Below, piece by piece: positions 1 through 7,212 of a stretch of DNA of 62,683 bases (the stretch's first letter is position 1; each line of letters starts with the position of its first letter). A model generated the notes under the pieces. The model made no database searches, was not told where the DNA came from, and saw nothing but the letters and a program-made list of their open reading frames with translations. The translations under genes and the position numbers were made by a program. The stretch is from a virus (Duplodnaviria > Caudoviricetes): the IMG/VR virus record IMGVR_UViG_3300024262_000030, positions 1-62,683 of that record, one strand, 5' to 3'.

Positions 1-24
1 AGTTCGATTCTCGTAGGCGCTTCA
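1..24 (+). tRNA. 3' fragment of a tRNA truncated by the window edge
   Basis: GTTCGATTC T-loop followed by an acceptor 3' strand; anticodon is outside the window. Confidence 0.7.
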
Positions 25-30
25 TTTTGT

Positions 31-105
31 GGGGATATGGTATAACGGCAATTATTTCTGGATTTGACCCAGAAGACAGTGGTTCGATTCCACTTATCCC
101 TTCCA
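31..105 (+). tRNA. tRNA-Gln(UUG)
   Basis: Acceptor GGGGATA/TATCCCT, anticodon arm TCTGG-atTTGac-CCAGA, GGTTCGATTCC, encoded CCA. Confidence 0.9.
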
Positions 106-110
106 TTTAT

Positions 111-194
111 GGCTGTGTGGTGGAATGGTATACACGGTAGTTTTAGAAACTATTGCCTTCGGGATTGAGAGTTCAAATCTCTCCACAGCTACCA
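111..194 (+). tRNA. tRNA-Leu(UAG)
   Basis: GTAGT-ttTAGaa-ACTAT, long variable arm, T-arm, ACCA. Confidence 0.95.
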
Positions 195-201
195 ATTTCA
201 A

Positions 202-282
202 GGGCGTATACGCAAACAGGTAAAGCGAACATACTTAAAATGTGTTGATTGTCTGTCGGTTCGACTCCGACTACGCCTACCA
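202..282 (+). tRNA. tRNA-Leu(UAA)
   Basis: ACATA-ctTAAaa-TGTGT, GGTTCGACTCC, ACCA. Confidence 0.93.
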
Positions 283-286
283 ATTT

Positions 287-411
287 TCAATGTAGTGTAA
301 ATACACGTTCAATAAATAAGCACGCTTCTTGGTGAAACTCCAAAACTTTAGAATAGAGTGGGTCTAAAATGGTAGTAGAATTCGGTGGGAAACGAGAATC
401 CGAATCATTGA
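287..411 (+). ncRNA. tRNA-like element with expanded loops
   Basis: TCAATG/CATTGA closing stem, TAGTG..AGCAC D-like arm, ATTCGG/CCGAAT T-like stem; no canonical anticodon loop; sits between tRNAs. Confidence 0.4.
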
Positions 412-420
412 TAATTTTAT

Positions 421-508
421 GTCGTCGTGGCGGAACAGAAACGCAACAGGCTGCAACCCTGAAGTCACCACTTGTGGTGTGCTGGTGCAAATCCAGCCGA
501 CGACTCCA
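421..508 (+). tRNA. tRNA-Cys(GCA) with long variable arm
   Basis: GTCGTCG/CGACGAC acceptor, CAGG-ctGCAac-CCTG, U73 and CCA, extra CACCA/TGGTG arm. Confidence 0.88.
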
Positions 509-512
509 TTTA

Positions 513-616
513 GAGATGCAATCAGCAAAACAAAATTAGGATAATACGATGTCCCAAAAGGGCAATGTTAGGTGGTTCAAACCCACCAAAACCGATTCGT
601 CGGATAACGCATCTCG
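513..616 (+). ncRNA. Y-RNA-like element A (CAGCA-stem family) containing a T-arm
   Basis: GAGATGC/GCATCTC closing stem, aatCAGCAA, internal GGTGG-TTCAAAC-CCACC and CCGA-TTCG-TCGG hairpins. Confidence 0.65.
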
Positions 617-625
617 TTACTTTCT

Positions 626-702
626 GGATCGTAGACTGAATTAGAGATAGTACTCCGCTCATAACGGAGAATAGGTGGGTGCGGTGCCCACACGATCCAC
701 CA
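626..702 (+). tRNA. tRNA-CAU (Met or Ile2)
   Basis: GGATCGT/ACGATCC, CTCCG-ctCATaa-CGGAG, atypical T-loop, ACCA. Confidence 0.8.
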
Positions 703-707
703 TTTTT

Positions 708-780
708 AGGCTCTTAGTTCAGTTGGTAGAACGACGGTTTTTGGTACCGTATGTCGTAGGTTCAAATCCTACAGGGCCTT
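708..780 (+). tRNA. tRNA-Gln(UUG), CCA not encoded
   Basis: ACGGT-ttTTGgt-ACCGT, GGTTCAAATCC, acceptor AGGCTCT/AGGGCCT. Confidence 0.8.
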
Positions 781-788
781 AATTTTAT

Positions 789-877
789 GCGAGATTAGCT
801 CAGTTGGTCAGAGCGCTTGTTTTACATACAAGATGCCGAATAGGTTTACACAGGTTCGAATCCTGTATCTCGTACCA
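789..877 (+). tRNA. tRNA-Val(UAC) with long variable region
   Basis: CTTGT-ttTACat-ACAAG, GGTTCGAATCC, ACCA; ~17-nt variable region. Confidence 0.88.
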
Positions 878-890
878 ATTTGAATTTTAT

Positions 891-966
891 GGTACTATTG
901 ATGTAGTAGTAAGCATATAACTCTGTGAAAGTTAGTGGACCGGAGCATAACCGGTATAGTACCCCA
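891..966 (+). tRNA. tRNA-His(GUG)
   Basis: TAACT-ctGTGaa-AGTTA, encoded G-1 opposite C73, CCA. Confidence 0.88.
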
Positions 967-976
967 ATTTCATCAT

Positions 977-1052
977 GCGTCATTAGTGTTAGCGATTAGC
1001 ACGCAAGGCTTCCAACCTTGAGGCGTCGGTTTGAATCCGACATGATGCTCCA
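977..1052 (+). tRNA. tRNA-Gly(UCC)
   Basis: CAAGG-ctTCCaa-CCTTG, U73, CCA. Confidence 0.93.
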
Positions 1053-1069
1053 TTTTAAATATTTTATGT

Positions 1070-1160
1070 GGAGAGTAAACCGGACAGGCGATACCGGCGG
1101 TGTCTTGAAAACACTTGGGGCTGTAAAAGGTCTGGCTTTCGAATAGTCTGCTCTCCGCCA
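1070..1160 (+). tRNA. tRNA-Ser(UGA)
   Basis: GGTGT-ctTGAaa-ACACT, long variable arm, GCCA. Confidence 0.92.
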
Positions 1161-1166
1161 TTTTTT

Positions 1167-1241
1167 GCCTGTCTATTTCAATGGATAGAATATTCGGCTA
1201 CGAACCGAAAGATCGGGATTCGAATTCTCGGATGGGCACCA
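1167..1241 (+). tRNA. tRNA-Arg(ACG)
   Basis: TTCGG-ctACGaa-CCGAA, ACCA. Confidence 0.92.
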
Positions 1242-1245
1242 TTTT

Positions 1246-1494
1246 ATCGTTTGAAAAAGTAGGCTTAAAAGCAGCCATCTTTTAAAGAGTGAAGCAATGG
1301 CCCAAGTGCTACTGAGTGTATATAGCGATACTAAGGATATAGTGTTATATATAAGGGAGCGGGGATATCACTAAGTAAAGTATCTGACAAGTCCGTAATA
1401 ACGAGACACGAATCTAATGTAATGTTAGATATGATATATGTTGGTAGGTTATTATACTAACATCTTCTTTAGCGTCTAAGCACATTCAAATGAT
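1246..1494 (+). ncRNA. Structured RNA containing a 23S rRNA L11-binding (H43/H44) mimic with a large insertion
   Basis: 10-bp closing stem ATCGTTTGAA/TTCAAATGAT; GTAGGCTTAAAAGCAGCCATCTTTTAAAGAG (1259-1289) and AGCGTCTAAGCACA (1471-1484) match the two halves of the rRNA GTPase-associated centre. Confidence 0.75.
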
Positions 1495-1570
1495 TTTTTT
1501 AGTCAACTACCATGATTAAGTTCTGTAAGAGTATGCTGACATGGCATCATCGTCTGAATGATGCTTTCTT

Positions 1571-1650
1571 GGCGATGTGGGCAAATTGGTAAAGTCGGCT
1601 ATCTCAAAAATAGCGTCATTATGTCGGTTCGAATCCGATCATCGCTACCA
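1571..1650 (+). tRNA. tRNA-Leu(CAA)
   Basis: GCTAT-ctCAAaa-ATAGC, GGTTCGAATCC, ACCA. Confidence 0.92.
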
Positions 1651-1706
1651 ATTTAAAAAGTTCAATAAAAGTTCAATAAAATATGAGTTTCATACTATTT
1701 ATTGGT

Positions 1707-2351
1707 ATGCGACATTTAGTATATAAAATAACGAATTTAATAAACAATAAAATATACATAGGTAAACACTCCACTAAAGACGTGAATGATAATTATATGG
1801 GGTCTAGTGTCATATTGAAACGTGCTTTTGATAAATACGGAAAATCCAATTTCAATAAAGAAGTTCTATTTGACTTTGACACTGAAGATGAGGCTCTGTT
1901 AACTGAGACTGATTTAGTTGATGAAGAATTTGTCGCTCGGTTAGATACCTACAACATTCAATTGGGCGGTCGTGGTAGTTGGACACATGTGAATGACGAT
2001 CCCGATATAAAGAACTGGAGACAATCGGGTGCTGATGTCATGGCTGAAAAATTTAAAGATTCTGAATATAAAGAAGAACATTCCAATAAGATAAAGCGTG
2101 GTCATGAATTATACAGACAAAGAGCTGGGGATTCAGCATATACGACTTGGGTTGGTAGACGACACACTGAAGAATCTAAACGTAAAGTTGGTATGGCTAA
2201 CTCCAAACACCAAAAAGGAAAGGGTAATTCTCAGTATGGAACGTGTTGGATTTATTCATTAACTGAAAAGAAATCTATTAAAATTAAGAAAGAAAATTTA
2301 CAAGAACATTTAGATAATGGCTGGTTAAAAGGTCGTAGGATTAAATTTTAA
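1707..2351 (+). CDS. GIY-YIG homing endonuclease (Seg-like) inside the tRNA array
   Basis: VYKITN..IYIGKH..YMGS..YN motifs, NUMOD3-like HTEESKRK; start moved to ATG 1707 behind the TATTTAT motif. Confidence 0.9.
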   Translation: MRHLVYKITNLINNKIYIGKHSTKDVNDNYMGSSVILKRAFDKYGKSNFNKEVLFDFDTEDEALLTETDLVDEEFVARLDTYNIQLGGRGSWTHVNDDPDIKNWRQSGADVMAEKFKDSEYKEEHSNKIKRGHELYRQRAGDSAYTTWVGRRHTEESKRKVGMANSKHQKGKGNSQYGTCWIYSLTEKKSIKIKKENLQEHLDNGWLKGRRIKF

Positions 2352-2355
2352 ATAT

Positions 2356-2444
2356 GGAAGGCCGACACAGATTGGTGAGGTGTGACTGTTTGCTAAACAG
2401 TTGGGCTCGTAAGGGTCCTGAGGGTTCAATTCCCTCGTCTTCCT
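2356..2444 (+). tRNA. tRNA-Ser(GCU), CCA not fully encoded
   Basis: ACTGT-ttGCTaa-ACAGT, long variable arm, GGTTCAATTCC. Confidence 0.9.
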
Positions 2445-2454
2445 CACTTTATAT

Positions 2455-2530
2455 GTCGCCGTAGTTCAAGTGGCAGAACACTACATTGGTATCGTAGAGG
2501 TTGTGGTTTCAATTACCACCGGTGACTCCA
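2455..2530 (+). tRNA. tRNA-Thr(GGU)
   Basis: GTCGCCG/CGGTGAC acceptor, loop ttGGTat, CCA. Confidence 0.87.
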
Positions 2531-2601
2531 TTTTCAAATTTGGTGAGTGACCTATCCGAAGAAATTAAAGAGGATATTGTCATTGATCAAATTTTATTTA
2601 T

Positions 2602-2677
2602 GCTCCTGTCGTCCAATTGGAAAGGACATCGGTCTTCTAAATCGAGAATCTGAGTTCAACTCTCAGCGGGAGTACCA
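2602..2677 (+). tRNA. tRNA-Arg(UCU)
   Basis: TCGGT-ctTCTaa-ATCGA, ACCA. Confidence 0.92.
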
Positions 2678-2687
2678 TTTTTATAAA

Positions 2688-2715
2688 TTGACCAATTGAA
2701 AAACAATGGTAAAAT
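2688..2715 (+). promoter_or_regulatory. sigma70-type promoter for element B
   Basis: TTGACC-16-TAAAAT with extended TG, 7 nt before the RNA stem. Confidence 0.65.
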
Positions 2716-2722
2716 ATTCATT

Positions 2723-2854
2723 TAGATATTAACAGCAATTAATACTCATGCAAAACGATGATATGCGTTGGTTCGAATCCCTGCCGCCCTCACAAATTAA
2801 AAGTTTTGAGGGTGTAGCCAAATGGTTAGGCAATCGTGTAGTAAATATATCTAG
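2723..2854 (+). ncRNA. YrlA-like Y RNA (element B): circularly permuted tRNA domain on a CAGCA stem
   Basis: TAGATAT/ATATCTA stem, taaCAGCAA, then ACGAT, T-arm GGTTCGAATCC, loop-closed acceptor CGCCCTCA/TGAGGGTG, D-arm TAGCCAAATGGTTAGGC, ATCGT. Confidence 0.8.
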
Positions 2855-2861
2855 TAATCAC

Positions 2862-2932
2862 AGTCCAATAGATCAATGGTAGATCGTTACCCCGACATGG
2901 TAAAGACGACGGATCAAAACCGTCTTGGACTA
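2862..2932 (+). tRNA. tRNA-Val(GAC), CCA not encoded
   Basis: AGTCCAA/TTGGACT, TTACC-ccGACat-GGTAA; C33 and atypical T-loop. Confidence 0.8.
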
Positions 2933-2974
2933 TTTTTTAAAACTATCTTGGCTTGTTCACAAAAATAATATATA

Positions 2975-3595
2975 ATGAGTAAATTAAAAGACAAAGGAAA
3001 TTTCATAGAATGGTCGAAAGATCAAATTGAAGATTATACAGATCTTCAATCTGATATAAGAAAGTATATGGAAAAATGGAATATTCGTGATAAAGACACT
3101 GTAATTCAAGAAGGTGAAGATATGATGGTCGGACGTATGTTGGGATTTATCAAATGTAACGATGGAAAACATGGGTGGGATTGTTCAAATGAATCGGAAA
3201 CCAAATTTCTTGAGGTAAAGCAAAGTAGTTGGGAAGTAGATCAAAATTCAGCAACTTTCAACGACACCACGCTTGCAAAAGCTCTTGAGTTTTGTGAAGA
3301 AAATACATATGTTGGATTGAGTGTGTCGTCATCAAAAGGAATTGAATTTATTGTATTTGGAAGCGAACCTACGCTCGGTGAAATGTTAGCGGAAAAAGTT
3401 AAAAATAGAAAACCTGGAAGTCGTTCAACTCCGTCTATGAGTATCAAAGCTCTAATTGAAATTGGATATGATGTATGTATTCCAAGTGAAGATAAAAGAG
3501 ATATGGTGTATGACAGACTTTCAAAAAGCAGATCAATCAAAAAACTTTTAGCTAAAGAAGATATTAAATTAATTGAAGATGTTAAAGTTAAGTAA
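2975..3595 (+). CDS. Putative PD-(D/E)xK restriction endonuclease
   Basis: E..GWD..LEVK motif pattern; overlaps the downstream methyltransferase gene. Confidence 0.55.
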   Translation: MSKLKDKGNFIEWSKDQIEDYTDLQSDIRKYMEKWNIRDKDTVIQEGEDMMVGRMLGFIKCNDGKHGWDCSNESETKFLEVKQSSWEVDQNSATFNDTTLAKALEFCEENTYVGLSVSSSKGIEFIVFGSEPTLGEMLAEKVKNRKPGSRSTPSMSIKALIEIGYDVCIPSEDKRDMVYDRLSKSRSIKKLLAKEDIKLIEDVKVK

Positions 3596-4589
3596 AGATT
3601 TTATTGGTAAGAAGAATTACCTAAAAGATTTATCAACTGAAGATTTTGAGAAACATTTACCTGAATTGGCAAAAATTTTGTCATATGCTGATTACCGATA
3701 TAACTACGATGATTCAGAATTGAAAGCTGATTGGCGTAAGTTATGTGATTTTTCAGATAGTAATTTATTATTAACGTCATCTTCTACTAGAACTGGAATG
3801 AAATTGTGTGAACACTTTTTCCCAAACTTCTTTGATATACAAAACAACAAAAATCAAAAGTTTGCTGATTTCTGGAATAAAGATGATCTCCAAAAAGTTT
3901 TACAGTGGAATAGAAACAGTCACAGCACACCATATCTTTCAGAATTACGCAGAGGGATTTACTTTTGTTTTGGATTGACGAAAAATACAATGTTCAGACC
4001 ACATCTTTCAAAGTGTGTTTCTTTGTATTATAAGCAATTTGAATCGTTGAATGTGGTAGATCCTTGTTGTGGGTGGGGTGGAAGATTACTTGGGACTGTT
4101 GCTGCTGGAAATAACTACATTGGATTTGAACCGAATGTGGAAACTTTTGGTTATCTGAAACAGTTAGTTGATTTTTTAGGCATACACAAATATGTTACGC
4201 TTTACAATGATGTTGCAGAGAATGTAGACAAATATGACTTTCCGTTAGCAGACGTGGTCTTGACATCACCGCCTTACTTTGACCTTGAAATCTACTCAAA
4301 TGAAGACACTCAAAGTCACCAGTCTTTTACCTGCTATGAAGAGTGGGTTGATGGTTGGTTGAAAGTTGTAATTCTAAAATTCGGAGAAAGATTGCATGCA
4401 GATGGGGTATCTTGTTGGAATGTACATAACATCGGCAAGATGAAAATGATTGAAGACGTTGAAAAGATACATTTGGATGCCGACTATATCCATGATGTTG
4501 ATTTCTCATTAGGTTCATCAGCAAGACAGTCAAATAAAAATACAAAGAAAAATCAAGATTTGACAAGATGTTTTAAAAAAACTTCTTGA
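3579..4589 (+). CDS. Amino (N4-C/N6-A) DNA methyltransferase
   Basis: DPCCGWGG SAM motif, GFEPN, TSPPY catalytic motif. Confidence 0.88.
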   Translation: MLKLSKDFIGKKNYLKDLSTEDFEKHLPELAKILSYADYRYNYDDSELKADWRKLCDFSDSNLLLTSSSTRTGMKLCEHFFPNFFDIQNNKNQKFADFWNKDDLQKVLQWNRNSHSTPYLSELRRGIYFCFGLTKNTMFRPHLSKCVSLYYKQFESLNVVDPCCGWGGRLLGTVAAGNNYIGFEPNVETFGYLKQLVDFLGIHKYVTLYNDVAENVDKYDFPLADVVLTSPPYFDLEIYSNEDTQSHQSFTCYEEWVDGWLKVVILKFGERLHADGVSCWNVHNIGKMKMIEDVEKIHLDADYIHDVDFSLGSSARQSNKNTKKNQDLTRCFKKTS

Positions 4590-4665
4590 CTTTTTATAAT
4601 TTGTAATTTATATTGTAATTACGAAAAGACGAAATGCCTGAACTACAAAAATTAAGTTTGTTAAA

Positions 4666-4863
4666 ATGAATACTAGAGAAATATTAATTGACGCAATTGA
4701 AGAATGTATTGACTTACACGATTTGGAGATAGCAGAAAACCAAACAACGTGTAGTTGTTGTAGTCCTGACTATGAATTCCGTTACTTGGAACGTGACGAA
4801 ATTGAAAAATTCGTGGATGATTACATAAAACAAAACGCTGAATTCATAAACGAGGGAGAATAA
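4666..4863 (+). CDS. Hypothetical protein
   Basis: ORF downstream of a TTGACT..TATTGT promoter-like site. Confidence 0.6.
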   Translation: MNTREILIDAIEECIDLHDLEIAENQTTCSCCSPDYEFRYLERDEIEKFVDDYIKQNAEFINEGE

Positions 4864-4956
4864 TGACATAGAAATTATACAAACTGACACATCCTCCGTA
4901 ATTTTATTGTTTGGGTAAAAAATAAAAAACAATAAATTATAAAAAAAGGAATAAAA

Positions 4957-5301
4957 ATGAAATTTGAAAACGTAAAAACAGAAGAACAGTATATTGACTG
5001 GGTAAAACAATGGAAAATTACACACGTTAAACTTGTTGAAATACAAAAAGTAAACAGAATGGCTAAAAAAACCAAGTATCACAATGATGTGTGGTATACG
5101 GATGAACAAAAGGCGGAAATCCTTAAATGGTATACTTCTATATACTATAGAGATACAGCGACACGTGTGTTAGCAGAAAAAGAATACGGTCATTGGTGTA
5201 TCCCACACATAAAAGTTCGTGGGAAACTACGTGACATGTATGAACAACGTAAAATCGGCAAAGAATTTTATCATGAAGAATTAAGTCTAATTACAGTGTG
5301 A
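4957..5301 (+). CDS. Hypothetical protein
   Basis: AAGGA SD, followed by terminator. Confidence 0.7.
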   Translation: MKFENVKTEEQYIDWVKQWKITHVKLVEIQKVNRMAKKTKYHNDVWYTDEQKAEILKWYTSIYYRDTATRVLAEKEYGHWCIPHIKVRGKLRDMYEQRKIGKEFYHEELSLITV

Positions 5302-5311
5302 TTTAAAAATG

Positions 5312-5339
5312 GGGTGGGTGTAAAAAATCCACCCTTTTT
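5312..5339 (+). terminator. Intrinsic terminator
   Basis: GGGTGG..CCACCC hairpin with T tract. Confidence 0.75.
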
Positions 5340-5503
5340 GTTTGACAAATGATAAAACCGTGATATAGTTATATCCATGGAATTAAAAACAGGAATACAA
5401 GCAGGTTACGACTACGACTTTGAATTATCTAACACACCATTGGATATAGCAATCCCTTGGTAAAGTCGTAATACTAACAAATTTACCCGATACTTTTTAT
5501 AAG

Positions 5504-5818
5504 ATGAAAGTATTTATGTACATGGGTATTAAAACTGACATTGAGATACTAGAGATAGTTGATGGGTTGTCTGATACCCGTTTGCGTCATTATTCATTTT
5601 GTTATTATATGAATGATCTTAGACATTATTTGAAAATTCAATGTGGATGGATTGAAACTGAACGATATTTTCTTGGAATGGAACTTGAAAAAAGACCAAC
5701 TGAGCTAGAAGTTATATCAGCATGGGAAACCCATAGAAATGCTGAACGATTCAAGGCATATTATGTTATGAGGTATCCTGAAAAAGTTAGTATAATTGAG
5801 CCAGAATATTACATTTAG
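5504..5818 (+). CDS. Hypothetical protein
   Basis: Co-directional ORF. Confidence 0.6.
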   Translation: MKVFMYMGIKTDIEILEIVDGLSDTRLRHYSFCYYMNDLRHYLKIQCGWIETERYFLGMELEKRPTELEVISAWETHRNAERFKAYYVMRYPEKVSIIEPEYYI

Positions 5819-5819
5819 C

Positions 5820-5866
5820 TTGACTTTTATACAAAATCATGTATAGTTATATATGTGTTCTTTGAA
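5820..5866 (+). promoter_or_regulatory. sigma70-type promoter plus boxA-like element ahead of the ncRNA/tmRNA unit
   Basis: TTGACT-16-TATAGT then TGTTCTTTGAA. Confidence 0.65.
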
Positions 5867-6038
5867 ATGACGGAATAACAGGTCATTAGCTGTCGTGAAG
5901 GTAACGATGGCGTGTTTTCTTCAACAAGTAGAAATCCGCGACATTCTGAAAAAAGTTTGTTCGGTTTAAAATTCGAAATAGAAAACAGCCGCTTCTGCTA
6001 AAGAAGCTTTGAACCGACGAGATTCGGTAGTCATTTCA
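5863..6038 (+). ncRNA. Unidentified structured RNA upstream of tmRNA
   Basis: 9-bp closing stem TGAAATGAC/GTCATTTCA, several internal stems, no ORF. Confidence 0.6.
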
Positions 6039-6046
6039 CACTTTAT

Positions 6047-6435
6047 GGGGGTGAACTAGATTCGACTCTGAATAAAAATTCCAAACTGCAAGTGAGAGAC
6101 GATACTTGGCTCTCTAAAAATGTATCAACGCATTCAACTGGCGATAATAAAGTTGTGAACTTCAGTAATGAAGTTGCTATGGCAGCCTAAACGCTCCATC
6201 CGTGAAATAAGATTTTCCTCCGAATTTTAAAGTAACGTCATTTAGGAGGAACTTTAACATACAAGTTAAAAGAATGTTAAGGGATTGGTTTGCTGCCTGA
6301 CAAAAAAGTAAACTCGTGGTATATACGATAGAAACCTAGTCCAATGCTTCTGGACGATGAAACATGAAGACAAACTTGTAGATGTTTGAGATGGATATTT
6401 AGAACACCGGAGTGCAACTCTCCGCACTTCCACCA
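6047..6435 (+). ncRNA. ssrA: tmRNA; tag (A)GDNKVVNFSNEVAMAA at 6140-6190
   Basis: GGGGGTGAA..GATTCGAC 5' end, T-arm and TTCCACCA 3' end, tag ORF ending AA-stop. Confidence 0.95.
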
Positions 6436-6486
6436 ATTTAAAGCGCAATTTGCTTTAATCCAAGATAACTTCAACGGAAATAAAAA

Positions 6487-7212
6487 ATGAAAAAAGAAAA
6501 AATTAGAAAAATATTAGAAAGTCATGTGTCTAAATCGGATAACGAAAACATGACATCCGAATTGTGGAGTCGTGTAACAAACGATTTGACAAAAAACTTA
6601 GAATTCACAAACATATCGGATAGTGATATTCCATCACATGGTGCATATACGTATTCAATAAGCGATTTCACACTATACAAAGACGTGACTGAGATTTATT
6701 TTGAAAGTCTGTATCCTAGGCTTATGATACAACATTCTGACGAGTTGTTTGAAACTACGTGTTCTGAATTTTTTGAAATTTACGAAATTATATTTGATCT
6801 CCGAGGGGATATCAAGCGTGATGTTGTGGAATGTGGTGATGTTAGTATACGACGGTTATACAAATTTATACGCATGTATTTGAATTATACATATGGCATA
6901 CTTTCAAGCAAACACAACAAATCCAATGTTAAAGCGTCAGCTGACTTGAAATATGAAATTCCCATGCTTGCACACGAAATTTTAAAAAAGATCAAAGATA
7001 ATTTCAGCGATGTTATTTATTGTGAAACGGATACATTCTTTATTCGGAATTACAGTGACAATAAATTTGAATTGACTGGCTTGTTGGATTCATTTTATTT
7101 GCCGTATGTTGTAGATTCTTCGTTTCACGTAATGACCCCAAGAAAAAAATGTTATATGAAATTTGATAAAACGATGCGAATCTTTGAAAAATCAGGAATT
7201 AAAACGAAATGA
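6487..7212 (+). CDS. Short degenerate family-B DNA polymerase palm-like protein
   Basis: YFESLYP (motif A-like), YLNYTYG (motif B-like), YCETDT (motif C-like), KKCY; only 241 aa. Confidence 0.6.
   Translation: MKKEKIRKILESHVSKSDNENMTSELWSRVTNDLTKNLEFTNISDSDIPSHGAYTYSISDFTLYKDVTEIYFESLYPRLMIQHSDELFETTCSEFFEIYEIIFDLRGDIKRDVVECGDVSIRRLYKFIRMYLNYTYGILSSKHNKSNVKASADLKYEIPMLAHEILKKIKDNFSDVIYCETDTFFIRNYSDNKFELTGLLDSFYLPYVVDSSFHVMTPRKKCYMKFDKTMRIFEKSGIKTK

Noticed and set aside
287-1262. ORFs 287-490, 973-1161 and 1068-1262
   Set aside because: Overlap tRNA genes; shadow frames
1246-1494. True 23S rRNA gene fragment or host contamination
   Set aside because: Similarity is confined to the H43/H44 halves, split by a non-rRNA insertion and closed by its own stem inside a phage tRNA array
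1501-1565. Self-cleaving ribozyme
   Set aside because: Could not fit hammerhead, twister or pistol cores by eye
1656-1681. AAAAGTTCAAT tandem duplication
   Set aside because: Two short AT-rich copies beside an endonuclease insertion; no evidence of function
6140-6190. Host assignment from tmRNA tag and tRNA style
   Set aside because: Gly-start tag hints at Bacteroidota-like hosts but promoters are canonical TTGACA/TATAAT type; signals conflict
6266-6474. Two minus-strand ORFs
   Set aside because: Antisense to tmRNA
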